A stretch of DNA of 62,690 bases, the filler included, from Choristocarpus tenellus KU-1152 (lineage: Eukaryota > Protista > Phaeophyceae): assembly GCA_964200185.2 (NCBI GenBank). It is 10 parts of 10 records of this genome, joined end to end, with 100 filler letters (N's around TTAATTAATTAA, not from the genome) between each part and the next. Parts side by side here need not be neighbours in the genome. Positions count along the whole stretch, not along the records: positions 37,416 to 40,947 come from CAXNAD020019417.1; positions 41,048 to 44,258 come from CAXNAD020021511.1; positions 44,359 to 55,103 come from CAXNAD020002741.1; 7 more parts are not named here. One strand, written 5' to 3'. Positions 38,401-51,326 of this stretch are shown here, piece by piece. Numbering within the stretch: the stretch's first letter is position 1; every line of letters begins with the position of its first letter. The position numbers and the translations under genes are program-made. A model generated the notes under the pieces. That model saw only the letters and a list, made by a program, of their open reading frames with translations, did no database searches and had not been told where the DNA came from.

Positions 38401-41047
38401 GCCAAGGGCTGATCAGGAATTCAGCAGCAGCAGCAGCAGTAGTACGACCACCTGATCTGTATTTCCTTTTTCAAAGGGCAAAGACAGACCTGGATATGCC
38501 ACAATATCTCAGTGCCCTGTTGGTTTCAGGAATGCAATAACAAAATCTATCCTGGGTTCATCACTGGCAACTCGGAGATCTGGTTCACAATCGAGGTGCT
38601 CAAACTCAAACTACAATTGAGAAAATCAACTGATAATGGTTTGGTGTGCACAGTAGACGGCCTGGCTAATATGGATACAAGGGATACACACACTGAGGCA
38701 TATTTTACTAGCTTAGCCTATTGCCTGCTGCATGGTAGAAGGCTCAGTCCTAATCAGTCCTAATCCCTGATCGTACATAACAAGATCAAACTCACACAAT
38801 AAAAAAAATATACTCTAGCTCAAAACCCCTGACTAACAAAGGTTGAGAGAGAGAGAGAGCGACAAACTTTTCTATAGATGCAACCAGTGAACACACCAAC
38901 ACCCCCGTTGGGGTGCTTGGGAGCAACGACGAGCTCTTCACCAAGAAACAGTGGGTGTAAACTCTGCCCTGTATCACTGCTAAGGCACCACACAACTTAA
39001 TCGGAAAATTCGGGGAGGGCTCACAACTTCCTTTTGGGTAAGAGATAATCCGCACTGCAGCTTGTCCAAGATCGCACCATACTTAGCCCTTGACTAAGCG
39101 CGCTGGGCAAAGCCCTTTTTGTGTAGTGAATTAAAAAGCTGGACAAAAATAAACAAATAAATAAATCAGACATAGCAGATACAGTTTCAGATCCGGAAGA
39201 TCACCGTATTGTACCTCATATGTCTTCAGAATTACGAAATGGATATCGACAGGAGAAGAAAGCAACACATATGGTTAACACCCTTCCATCACTTGTGGTC
39301 TTTGACAGTAGTGATACAAGTACACACAGCTTCCAAGGGATCATAATCTGCCTTGTGGCTTGACAGTGCAAATTACACCGATGGCGTATGAATGCTCGGA
39401 CGAAGCAATCAATTCTGAACCCTATAACCAAGAAGTCCCCAACTCTCCTATGCATGTATGCACAAAGCAGAAGGAAAGAGGAAGTCCCTCCTTTGACCTG
39501 AACCTCTCCCTTGACCTTGGACAAAAAAGGGAACGCCGATCTGGAGCAACTGAGCCTATTTCGACAGAGAGGCTATCAATCAAGTACTTCGAAGCAGGTG
39601 TAAAGTACAGATCAAGTACTTCGAAGAGGGTTATGGCATAGTGTCCGCGGCGGAGTGAAAACCCCAGAGATTGTTCGCGGTACATACGTGGCAATAGGCA
39701 TAATACAACCTGTCAACAGTAAATATATCACAACTCCGTTACCACTCCGGGTACTAACGAGCTGTAGAACCTGGAAATTTAAAAATTATGCAGAGTAATA
39801 ATGTGAGGACGAGCTACGAAAGACATCATCACCTCATCGTAAATGATGGTCTCACACCTACAAGAACTACGATGGGGGGAAGATACTGTGAAGCATTGAC
39901 TACATCCTCAGTTGTCCTAACCCTAACGATAGCCGCCTTCTTTGAAAAGGGACAGTTCATCCTACCTTGAACATCGAACCACTTTACTGTATCAATAACA
40001 GTCCAGTCTCGGAGTCAATTCGTACCCACTTTTCCAGAAGCAAGTCCAGGAGGAACGTCGGGTGGGCGCTGCTCAGCTGACAGGCTCTGTACAGCCCCAC
40101 CCCTGAGAACCGCACTGGCACATTTTGTGGCCGAGAAGCTGACTGCTGTGTTTGCACTTGTAACTGTCACTGCTGTGTGTTTGTCTTCTGCTCAAAATAA
40201 TGGCAAGAAGTGACAGCGATCCAACTCAGAGACAGACGATTGACAGCAGAGAGTCGAAAAAAAAAATGGATTAACTTTTGTCTCTGTTCTTTTTCTTTTT
40301 TTTTAACTTAGTGTTTCTTCTTTTTCTCGATGAATGGGCGAATGAACCGAATTGGACCCAGGTATTGGTGCTGCTGCCATGCAGGAACGGATTTTTTTAA
40401 AGGTAAATCCAGCTGAATCTTCGCTTCTAGCTTCTTTTTAAAAAACAACTAACTTTTACTCCAATTTTTGCGGCTTCAACATTTCTGCACCTCTGCTTAA
40501 AAATAATAAATAAATTAGACGATGTCTTTTTGCTTGTGCTCTCATTCTATTGCGCCGTCTCATTGGTCTCGGGTCTGAGAACATTCTATGCCGCCTCTTC
40601 CTCCATGATGTCTGCAAAATGTGTGACGTATACTACCACTAGGGGTTCTGCAGTGCGCTTTCCACTATTTCAATGTGCAGTTAGCATGAGAAGTGTTAAT
40701 TGCAGAGGCAACGAATTCTTTAAGCAGATCATAACGTTATCCTTCACAGACATACCTGTATTTATATTATTATGCCCTCTGACATTTTACAGGCGTGTCC
40801 GGGGGGAAAATAAATAAAATATCATAAATGTTAAAAACACTATAAAACACTCTACGTAGGAAAAACACTAATCTATCTGTTACTCCACCACTATCAAATA
40901 CTGTACTACTACCTTCCCGTGCTTCCCATAGACCTACTCCTGCGCCCNNNNNNNNNNNNNNNNNNNNNNNNNNNNNNNNNNNNNNNNNNNNTTAATTAAT
41001 TAANNNNNNNNNNNNNNNNNNNNNNNNNNNNNNNNNNNNNNNNNNNN

Positions 41048-41403
41048 ATTTGGGGGTCAAAATCCAATGTTGCGATTTCGATGTAATTTTGGCTATCGTG
41101 TTTGTTAAGAAGTGTCAATATCCTTGTTCCCGACACACCTTTTCACAACGTATATATTCTATCTACTCCAAAATGATTTTGGAGTGGGAAAATGTCATAA
41201 CAACCCTGAGGGAAGTCAAGCCCCAAATGGACAAGCAGGGCAAAACTCGTACCCTCTAAGATACTTTCACTCTCTTGTGCTCCATCCATCAACCAACTTC
41301 AATTCCAAACATTTCTCAAGGCTGTCATAAAAACACCCATGGGAAGCAAAGCCCCAAATGGACAAACAGGCAAAAATACGTACCCTTTAAGATGCTTTCA
41401 CTC
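41048..41403. mobile_element. Sola2-like MITE copy truncated by the gap (41048-41272) plus a second partial end (~41322-41403)
   Basis: Collinear with 56985-57245. Ends TACCCTCTAAGATACTTTCACTC and TACCCTTTAAGATGCTTTCACTC. Confidence 0.85.
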
Positions 41404-42902
41404 ATGAATAAAAAGCATATTCTTGACAGGAAGAAAAGAGGAACGTAAGAATAGTCGATCCAAAAAGAGAAATACACAATCAGGGAGAAAGTGGCACTCA
41501 GTAGACAGTGGTGCGAGGAGGTTAGTGAGGAGGTTGTTACTTTATCCCAAGGGATCAGGGGTTACCCATTCCTTGTGCTTATGATGAATCATGTGGCAGT
41601 TACTGCAAGCAGCCTGCCCCACTTGCCCCTGTTATGAAACGTATGGGTGGTCATTCACAGAGGCTTCAAGGAAGAGAAGGTGCCAAGTCTGGAAACAACG
41701 CTGAACAACATCTGAACCTGGCAGCTTTGGAGTCTAACTCGCCAGAGTCTGTTACATCCCTACCTCGACTCTGTGTGCGCAAGACACCCTACCCATTTGA
41801 GCTCACTTGGTCCTTAGTGGATGATGGACCCCGAGACCTGCACCCCAGACGATGGGAGCTCTCGCTCTGATCACCCATGACAGGAACATGCCCACCTGGA
41901 AGGGGCCAATTTTCTTCAGTCACGGGGATATTGAACACCGGATGGAAAAAATTGAAAACTTGACAGGAAAAAGTGCCTTTGTAGTTTCGAGGTGCGAAAC
42001 CATGTGGATAATTAAATGATGAACAGTTTTCGTGTTGCATGGAGAATCCTCCACACACATCTTCCCTTAGATCATAGCCATGTTAGTGGCCAGGCGTAAC
42101 AGAAAAAGATAATCATTTGTAGTTTGCTTGGCTTTGATCTTGAATATTGTTCTGGTTGTTTGTTTGTTGTGTTGTTACGTTCAACTTTCCACTTTTTCTT
42201 GGTGTTGTTGGTGAGTGATGTGCAATGTGACATTGTTGTTACTCCTCTGCCTTGGCCTCCTTCTGCTACTACTTCCTGGTGATGATGAGAATACTGCTAC
42301 CCCTGTACTGCTATTAGTACGAATCCTACCACTACTATTTACTGTTGGCACTCTTGGCAATTACTGGTAACTATGATGAGTTTTTCGCTTGTCCCTACCC
42401 TCTCTTTTATAGGTGCACCGACCGTAATGAATTTCATTTTGTGCATACAGTCAGTGTACCTATATAAGAAAGGGTAGGGGCAAGCAAAAAATCCCTCTCT
42501 TATATCTCGATCCTCTCTTATTGTGTATAAGAGAGCTTTCCTCTTAAACCGAGTGATCATACGCCCTTGCCGTATGTGCTTCCCATGTGCCTTCAAGAGT
42601 AGTTACGTGTAGGTATGTATTGAACATTGCCCTCAGGGAGTCCATTTCATTGGAGCTGGGTGGTGCAGCAAGCACCACATCTACACCACCCCTCTAAAGT
42701 TTACCAGTGTCATATGTACATAGTACCGTATCCTTTGTAAATTACACTCATAATGATGTATTCACTCATATGTATAGTACACCTTCCCAGGAAAAGCATC
42801 CGCAAGCCAATAGATGACTGGACAGGTGACTCGCAGTTCAAAGCCAATGTCCCTCCAATAACCTGCCCTAGGTATTAAATTGCAATCTAGAAGGGTATTA
42901 TA

Positions 42903-44258
42903 CAGTGTAATATCAAAAACGCCACCATGGATGGATCAAACGTAGCTGCACTGCCAATGCACCTCCCATCGCACGAACTGAGTAAAACAACCTATTTGCT
43001 ATAAAAAGATCGCGACTGCCAAAAAAATCTCGAATGTCCGCTTGTTTGATCGTCCTTGCCCCGATTGCTGATCCAAGCCAGCTTTGCTTTCCGGAGAGAT
43101 CTATGGTATGAAACATAGTTCATGCTGCACTCTTCGACGGTTGTTTCTAAGCTTGCAAACTCGCCAGCTACTTGAGAGTACGGCGGTGGAGGAATCGAGA
43201 ACACGGAAGAGCCTGCTCCTTTCCTCACGGCCCCCGATGCGCTGCCCTCTCCCATAAACCCATCTTCATCTTCGTCACCCGAGCTTTCATTTTCTGACTG
43301 GTACAAGAATTTCTTGAGCAGCTGGTCTTTCATGTCCTCTAGTGTCATATTGGCCACTTCGTCGTTGTCTTTCACACCGATCCAGGCTCTTGCTGCGTTA
43401 ATGACAGCCTGAGACGGCTTTCCGCCGGGTTTGAGGTGCAGAGCGTCAAGAGCATTAGAGAGATCCTCATTGACATATAGGGACACCTTGTGTGGGACGT
43501 TACCTCTATGAGCAAAATGGTCACCTGTGATACTACAAGACACAGTACAGACATTACAGTACGACAGAAACAAGTGCAAAATTTCAAGAAATTCAAATCA
43601 TGATCTTCATCAGCAGACTGTGCATAAAGACAATTCAATCACTATCACAATAAACCTACGTTCAGACTTTCAATCCACACGCTGACCCACCTCAGTATGC
43701 TTGGCACCCCTCGTAGACTTGGCGTCAGGCTTTAGTGTCTGCGCTTTATCCATGATGGTTCTTGCCTCCTTCTTCAACTTGTAGAGGGTGCTGTGACCGA
43801 TTCCAATCTTTAGAGCAACTGCAGTTCCCGTCATGGTCTTCAAGAGTTTCAATGCTTCCTCCTTCTCTGCAAAGCTCAAGTGTTTACAATTGTGGGCGCC
43901 GTGAAGCTTGTAGGATGCGACTTTCTCCATAGATATATTCGGCGGCACCTTCCCCTTGCCCTTGTTCTTGTTATCATGGCGTTTCGACGCAATGTTATCA
44001 CTGGCTGGAGGGCTCAAAGCCTTGCGCTTGATGGGGCTCACGTACAATTTGCACACGCGTTTCATTTCGCCGGCGCCAAAAGGAACCGCGACACCGCAAA
44101 TGCCATGAAGGTAGCCACTACAACGCGACACTTATGGCATGTATAGTGTGGCAGACCAGGAGTATTACCCTGCATGTTGAAGCTTGATCCTGTTCGATTA
44201 GACTCTTCCAACTCTATCGGACAGTTACGGTAAATTATTTATGGAGTAATGGAACAAT
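42903..44258 (-). mobile_element. pogo/Tigger-like derivative lacking the DDE domain
   Basis: HKCR-CSGYLHGICG Cys/His module; CENP-B/psq-type HTH (KHLSFAEKEEALKLLK...VALKIGIGHSTLYKLKKE...STRGAKHTEV); acidic C-terminal region ending in a PIP-box-like KQADIRDFF. TA|CAGTG end at 42901-42907; the other end is in the gap. Frameshifts present. Confidence 0.7.
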
Positions 44259-44639
44259 NNNNNNNNNNNNNNNNNNNNNNNNNNNNNNNNNNNNNNNNNN
44301 NNTTAATTAATTAANNNNNNNNNNNNNNNNNNNNNNNNNNNNNNNNNNNNNNNNNNNNATGGACTTCTTTCGTTGAGTATGACAGGAAATAACACTGAAT
44401 TCACGTCGCATCATTCTTGACTGAGAGATCAATGACCTCAGTTACAACAGAATAAATACATCGGTGCTTTGCAACACCATGATTCCTCATCGCAGGTAGT
44501 CTATGCATTTTGCCTACATGTATGATGCATTCAATTCAGGTTTCAACACAACACACCAATAAAAGTGTCGCCTTATCATCCAACCTCTGTCTCCATATCC
44601 AACTCCCTTGCAATGCCTGCTACACCAGGACTTACCCTG

Positions 44640-46300
44640 CAGCGTCTTCCCTGAACTCATTCATAGTTCTCTCACTTGGACCTGATTTCACCTCCTTACA
44701 CATTGAATTATCTTCTCCTACATCTAAATAATGGAACTTCCAGTGGAGATTAGTAGACGCTGGGGACAGGTTAGTAAGAGTGTTAGCCGTATTGTGTGCC
44801 TCAGTCCACAATCCTGGTCAATTCCCCAGACCAGATACCATTTGCATCATGACCAACCCTTTTTTCGCAATTAGTGCAATGCCTGTTCCACTTTCCTTTA
44901 TAGTTGAGGACTTCCAGGCACAGTGTACTCATGCCTCGTATTGTGTTCATCCTTTTCCACTCACCAGTTCAAATAGTGCTACCCTCCTTGGCATACTTTC
45001 AAACAATCATCTCATGACGATGTCTCAGTTGGTGGTGCATTTGATGGATGTCAATATGTGTAGCGGGTTTCACTCCTCCACTCAGCTCCCTTGAGGCAGT
45101 GACATATGTCACAGCCCCAGCTGAGGCCAGCTCATCAGTTGCCACAACATCCTCCTCTGATATTGCATCCACCTCAGTCAACCTCCCAAAATTAACATCA
45201 GCTCTGGTCATCCTTGAGGCAGGCCTCTCCTCCTCAACAGTCCCCCTTGGAACAATGGCATCTCCTTCAACCGCTCCAAGGGTATGCTCACTTGTTGGTA
45301 CAACATCCTCCTCTGACCTTGTCGTCTCTTCAGATGATCCCCCTGAGACGATATCTACTCCAGTCAATATGGGGGTCAATTTGTCTATTCCTGCCTCTCC
45401 CAGGGCAAGAACTAGTCATGACACGATCCTCTCTGTCATGTCTGGTACATCCGGTTATTTCTTGTAGTTGGTCAGGAAGTGCCAGTTGGATTCCTGACTT
45501 GCTTTCAAAATAACAATCCATAATTCTTCCCAACCGTCCTCACAAACTGTAATCCAGGTCCTTCAGAAGAAGGGTTAATTGCAAAGAACCTTCCCCCTTC
45601 CAACATAATTCTCCCCCTGAATGTTTCTCAGCTTCAATCATGGACAAGAGATTGAATTTTAACCCAGGGACCAATGATAAGTTACGTAAGATGAAGTTGG
45701 AAACTTCCCATTCTGTACATGCTGCCGGGAAGATTCAACACAGACTGAAGGACGTGAAGTTAAAGTCGAAAATCACCGCTTCGCTAATTTTCTTATTTCC
45801 GACTTCGAAACCTAGACATGTTTATTTCCTGAAATAAAGTGAGTTGTTAGAATGTGAGTATGCAGGCTCTTCATAAAACTGATTCTGCCTCGTTCACAGA
45901 AGCTAGAGAGGAGCTACACCTTCTCCCTTTGCGTTTCTCCTCTTTCTCCTAGTGTTTGATCCAGAATGACTTCATCCTTGCCCAGTCACCCCAATGACTC
46001 CAGCGTGTTTGGGGCAGCTGCAAGCCTTGTACCCTGTCACTCCACAAATATAACAGGCACATGCGTAAGATCCAGAGCACAAGGAAACAACAGCAAGGCA
46101 AGAAGATTGGAAGTGTGGTCCTCCACACAGTCAGCACTACACATCCTGGTTGTATATTCTTTGCGCCACCCTGTAGTTCCACCTTATGTTCCATGAGATA
46201 TCAGTGCCCCCCACCATTGCTTTCCATACGCCTTTCTTGCTGACGTTTTCGCATCGTTGAATCATGAATCTGTTGAAAACTTGAGTTGGATATATTTTGC
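44640..46300 (-). mobile_element. Decayed Ty1/Copia retrotransposon (gag knuckle, gag-pre-integrase, integrase C-terminal part)
   Basis: In Copia order on the minus strand: ACYICGVTGYKACSCP; IDIHQMHHQLRHRHEMIV*KYAK (pre-integrase H..LGH); LVMMQMVSGLGN*PGLWTEAHNTANTLTNLSP (LWAEA..TA....N..P). Confidence 0.7.
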
Positions 46301-49300
46301 TCCTAAGTACAGGGTGGGAATGATGTCTTGATTCCGATGAAGTGCTCTGTGAAGAGACTTTGTTGATACTGCACAGTACAGTGCTAATCGTTGCTGCAGT
46401 GTAGGATAGTGGCGTATGCTATGAGTAGAGGCTAGTTACCTTGTGATGAAGGTTGCAGATGTATTCACTCTGAATATATCCCATGCAAATGTGTGCATTG
46501 ATGTACACTCTTAATACAGAGTGAGATTAAGGTGTGAAGGGGATGACACCTTTAGACTATTGAAGATGATTCAGATACTTGGGTTAAGGATTAGGTGTGA
46601 TATCATTAATAAAATGAATCAATTCTAAATCTGAGTTGAACACGTATGAGTCACATGGACGGTGGGTAACATGCTGAGTTTGTATGATGGATACAAATTA
46701 CCAATCAATGGAACAAGAGCAAGAATAGTTACGAACTTACACCATATAGAGTAATACGGTGAGATACAATCATATACAATACAGGTCTGTATACAGTAGG
46801 TGTGAACAGTCACACACTAAGGAAAGATTATTAGAGAAAACAGTCCTCACAAGGTAATGACACTGATCTGTCTGTATCTATGTATCACAACCTTGGTTTT
46901 AATACAACTGAATGAAGTGGATACTACTACTAGAGGAGTTAACAATACGTACCCCCACAAAGAAAACACATGGTATATATACGGTTGTGAAGTTTAGAAG
47001 ATAGTAGAAGAAAATAGAAGAGAGAAGAACAAGGTAGAAAAAAAATGATGGCAAAGAATAAAATCAGAGGGAGTATGATTCGGGTGACTCTGTGGCGTAA
47101 TTCACTCAGTCAAGGGTGGTGTGGTCAAGAGAATCATCGGCCAAGATGGACCAGACAGACGAAGACAAACTGTAACCGAGAGGATGAGGTTAAAGTTGGA
47201 CAAGTACAAGACTGAAAGGATATGCAGGAAAAAGTGGGGACTGAGGAAGTGGGGAGGATCACGATTTGGACGGGTTTTGGAAAAGAAACCCTTCAGAGAT
47301 AGGAGATCCACCTTCGGAAAGAGATGTTATGGGAAGACACGGAGATCTATCACTTTGCATATCCTCCACACAGTTGAACTGAAGTTCTCAGAACACAACC
47401 TCAATCAGTATAATGGTGTATGGTATATGGCAATAACAGGTATAACAACAGACAAACCTGCTTTGCACATCACCCTCCCTTCTGATCGACCTTGAAGTAA
47501 TGTAAACATTATTCAAGGTCAACCAAAAAGTGAGCTCTGGGAGCAAAATGGGAAACATGTACGGCTATTGTGCCATTTTATTACACGACTCCATTAATAC
47601 ATAATGGAGTGTAATATATAAACAAGGCATTAATGAATATCTGATCAGGGTCACATTAGCTTAAGGTTGATTGATGGTATGTGGTCAGCATATCAATCAA
47701 GCTTACGAGGTCTGCGAGTATGGGATCAGCATATCAACCAGCCTAAGGACGAGGTGAGAGATATATGTGGCCAGCATATAGGTCTCTGTTATCTCGTATA
47801 CAACAGAGGACAATCAGAATGGGGATATGAGGAGCAAATGCTATACGATGTTAATAAACGATTTGAATAACGTTTGTGATTCGACATTGCTATATGAATG
47901 TTATTTGATGATTTTGACACCATTCTGATGTGTGAAAACAACATTGCGTGTTACATGACCAAATCAATACAGCAGACGGCGAGATCAAATGTGTGCACCC
48001 ATTTTCCTTCCTCAAATTCTGACAACGATTGAGATATATTGTTCACGATGACTACAATATTTCTAGTGGACAACTCAGACGTACGATGCTGGTTGCTCAA
48101 CTCTCCTAAAACAATACAAGGTGACTGTACGGTCACTACATCATGTTGGGGGGGTCATGCCACTCTAAAAATTAAACAAATAACATGTACTCCGGAGTAT
48201 GACTCACCTGAAGTCTCCATCTCTTACGTAATGGTAGACTTGAAGCATTGTTTTTAATGGAGTTAATTATTTCATGATGATCAATAAATCAATTTAATGA
48301 AAACATAACATGATGTAATGAACAGCCATCTTTAGTGCAAGGGTGCTAATGTGCCCAGTGTTACAGTCTCTTCACCACCACATGTGTCCACTCATGCAAA
48401 CGAGGAGAGTTGAGAGAAAAAATCAACTGTATTACTACGTAGTATTAATATATCCAATCCAACAACATGTATAGTCTATTTGCAAGGATTGACAAACCTG
48501 GTAAACACGAGACGCCAAGTCAGAGCTGGCCGTGAGCAGGTTGACTGACATCTGTTACCAGTTATCTCATCTCTACACAAAACGATAGACTATACCCATC
48601 TATGACCAAATGACACAGAGGTGATTTGTCTAAACTAGATGGTCAACCTATATAAAGGATTATCATATGTGGGTACCATGAGATCTGACCAAGACACAGC
48701 AGTCTTTAAAAAAAACAAAGTACTTTTTTGGTAAGGATCTGTACCGGCTGGCACATACACACGATAATCTCTTTACGGACTTGATAGGTTACAATATTAT
48801 GGCAATGCATGATTTACAGACTATGCAAGGGTGTATGGTAACAGTAAATACGAATTCTCAAGTCAACACTGTGTGGGACGAGAATTTTACTAGTTATCCA
48901 GTCCATTTACTGCACGATAGGCTGGCTGCAATCATTTCACGACATTGTGGGATCTGTTCTATTCTTTTGTGAACATCACAAGACGGTCCATAGCCACAAA
49001 TGAAGGCAATAGATAACATTAGTGGACGAATGATGACCAGGACCAGGTCTATGTCTAACAATGTTATCAATATTGTTTAGCCAATAACAGGCTGAGAGAT
49101 TTGGTCTACATCCAGTAATGGTAATGGTTTCCCGCAAAAAAAATAATCCAGTTCATTCAAATCAGGTGTGGGAGGTTGGACTTGAGGATAGCAATGCTCC
49201 ATTCTACCCAGATCAAAAGGAAAATGGACATGGGTTTCCAGACAATACTACCCTGTATACAATGGGTGATATCTTAGAATGTACTTCATAAGGATCTCTC

Positions 49301-51326
49301 CACGGGTGAAGTAACTTCGGATTGGGCCATCAGTATTCTCATGTGGCCTATGGACTAGAACTTGATCATGAGGTACGAAAACCGGGAACACGAGACGTTA
49401 CTTGACACGCTCCTGATTTTTAATGCGTTCATGGAGGTTACGACGTGCCACTCAAATGCAAGCTGTAAATTATCTTTGGTTTACTGGATAAACTCTTCTG
49501 TAGTGACATCTGACTCAGCATTACACGAACCAAGGATAATATCAACAGGTAAACGAACTTGTCTTCCAAACAGAAGGAAAACGGGGTTTCAAGAAAATTT
49601 TCTTTGAATGCTGTGTTATGGGCTATCTGTATGAAAGGCAGTATCGATGCCCGGTTATCCTCAGCAATAAAGATATACATTCCCAGCATAGAATGCAACG
49701 TAGCATGTACTCTCTCTAGCACACGGATTTCCTTGGGGGTGATATGGTGTGGTTTTGATTTTCTTGTAACCAATGACAGACTGCCACCCTGCAACAATAC
49801 TGTTTTCAAATACGGTACCTTGATCAGAATGTAACAACTCGGGTGGGTCAAAAATTGAAAATACACGTTTTACAAGGGTACAATCAATTGTTGCAGCCTC
49901 TTTTTTGGAACAGCGCTCAGCACAACAAAACAAGTGAGGTGATCAATGGCAGACAACACATACGAGCATATCACACCATTTGCTGCTGGGGAACGTGCTT
50001 TGTACTCTACCAAATCAATAGCAACACGTTGGAATGGTCTGTCAACGGGCATATGGCCTGTGGGAAGCGTAGCTTTGTTATGAGCAATCTTACGCGTTTA
50101 ACATGCTTGACAATCACGACACCATGTACGAGTATCGATATTGAATGCTGGTCACCAATACGAGTCTCTAACCTTATCTAACGTGGGTTTGAAACCTAAG
50201 GGGCCTCCAGACAACGCACGATCATGGCAACTATGAGGTGCAAGGCGGACTTAAGAACGAGGAACGACCAACTGGTCTCTAAGCGTGCCCTTCCCACGAA
50301 GATGGCCCGGTAAATACGAACTTTACAATAAATCACTACAAAGGGAAAAATACGACATACACGTCGTCGATTCCTAATCAGGTGGTGGGGCGACGTTGGG
50401 GGACTGCAAATACCTGAAATATGGTCCGAACTCGGATCCCTGCTCCTTGCACAATTGCTCTGGGTCCACTGGAGGAAATACGGTAGTGGAATTAGTAGTA
50501 TATCGTTCACGATCACTTTGGGCAGGCATTGCTTGGTCAAGGTTAGAGGCAGATAACTCATATTCCTCTTGAACACGTGTGGTAAATGCACGACTACCGT
50601 TAGGCACGTTACGACAGGTGGGTGCCAGCATTGGAGCAACGGATTTCTCCTGTTCCTGAAAATTGAAATATGAGATAGAGTGTCACGTATGACATTTAGG
50701 TTACTAGCCTTGTTTTTGACAGTAAAGTAGTAAGTTTGAAGTGCAATAGCCCAACGAATACGCATGTCACTGGTATCCTGCATTCAATACAAGTAACACA
50801 ATGCAGCATGATCTGTAATGCAGGTAAAGTGTCTATCCCAACGATACTATCACCAATGATTGATAGCCATAACAACTCCATAACACTCTCTTAATGTAGG
50901 TGAAAGTGATGTTGGGCTTAATTCAATTTCTTCCTGAAGTACGCAATGATACCTAGGTCTTAGGATTATCGGATCGGGGTTGTGCTAAAAAAACTCCAGC
51001 ACCACTCTCACTGGCATCAACATGGACGATGAACTCTATGGTAAAGTCAGGGAATGACAAGAACCGGGGCTGCAGTGAGTATTGTTTACTTTATAAAAAT
51101 GCCATGTCCCGGTCCACTCCCCATTCTTAATCAACGTTCTGACTAATGCCTTTCTTAGTGAGTTGAACTAACGGTTCGATTACTGTGGCTAGGTTGAGTA
51201 TAAATTTACACACAAAATGAACCATACCTAGGACAGATCAAAGTTCTTTGATGGTGGTGGGTTTCGGTAATTCAGTGATGGCACGAACCCAATCTTCGCT
51301 GATACGAATCCCTTCAGACGACAATG

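Noticed and set aside
47900-49000. Chromodomain or 3' LTR of the Gypsy element
   Set aside because: Too decayed to support by eye; no matching second LTR within the contig.
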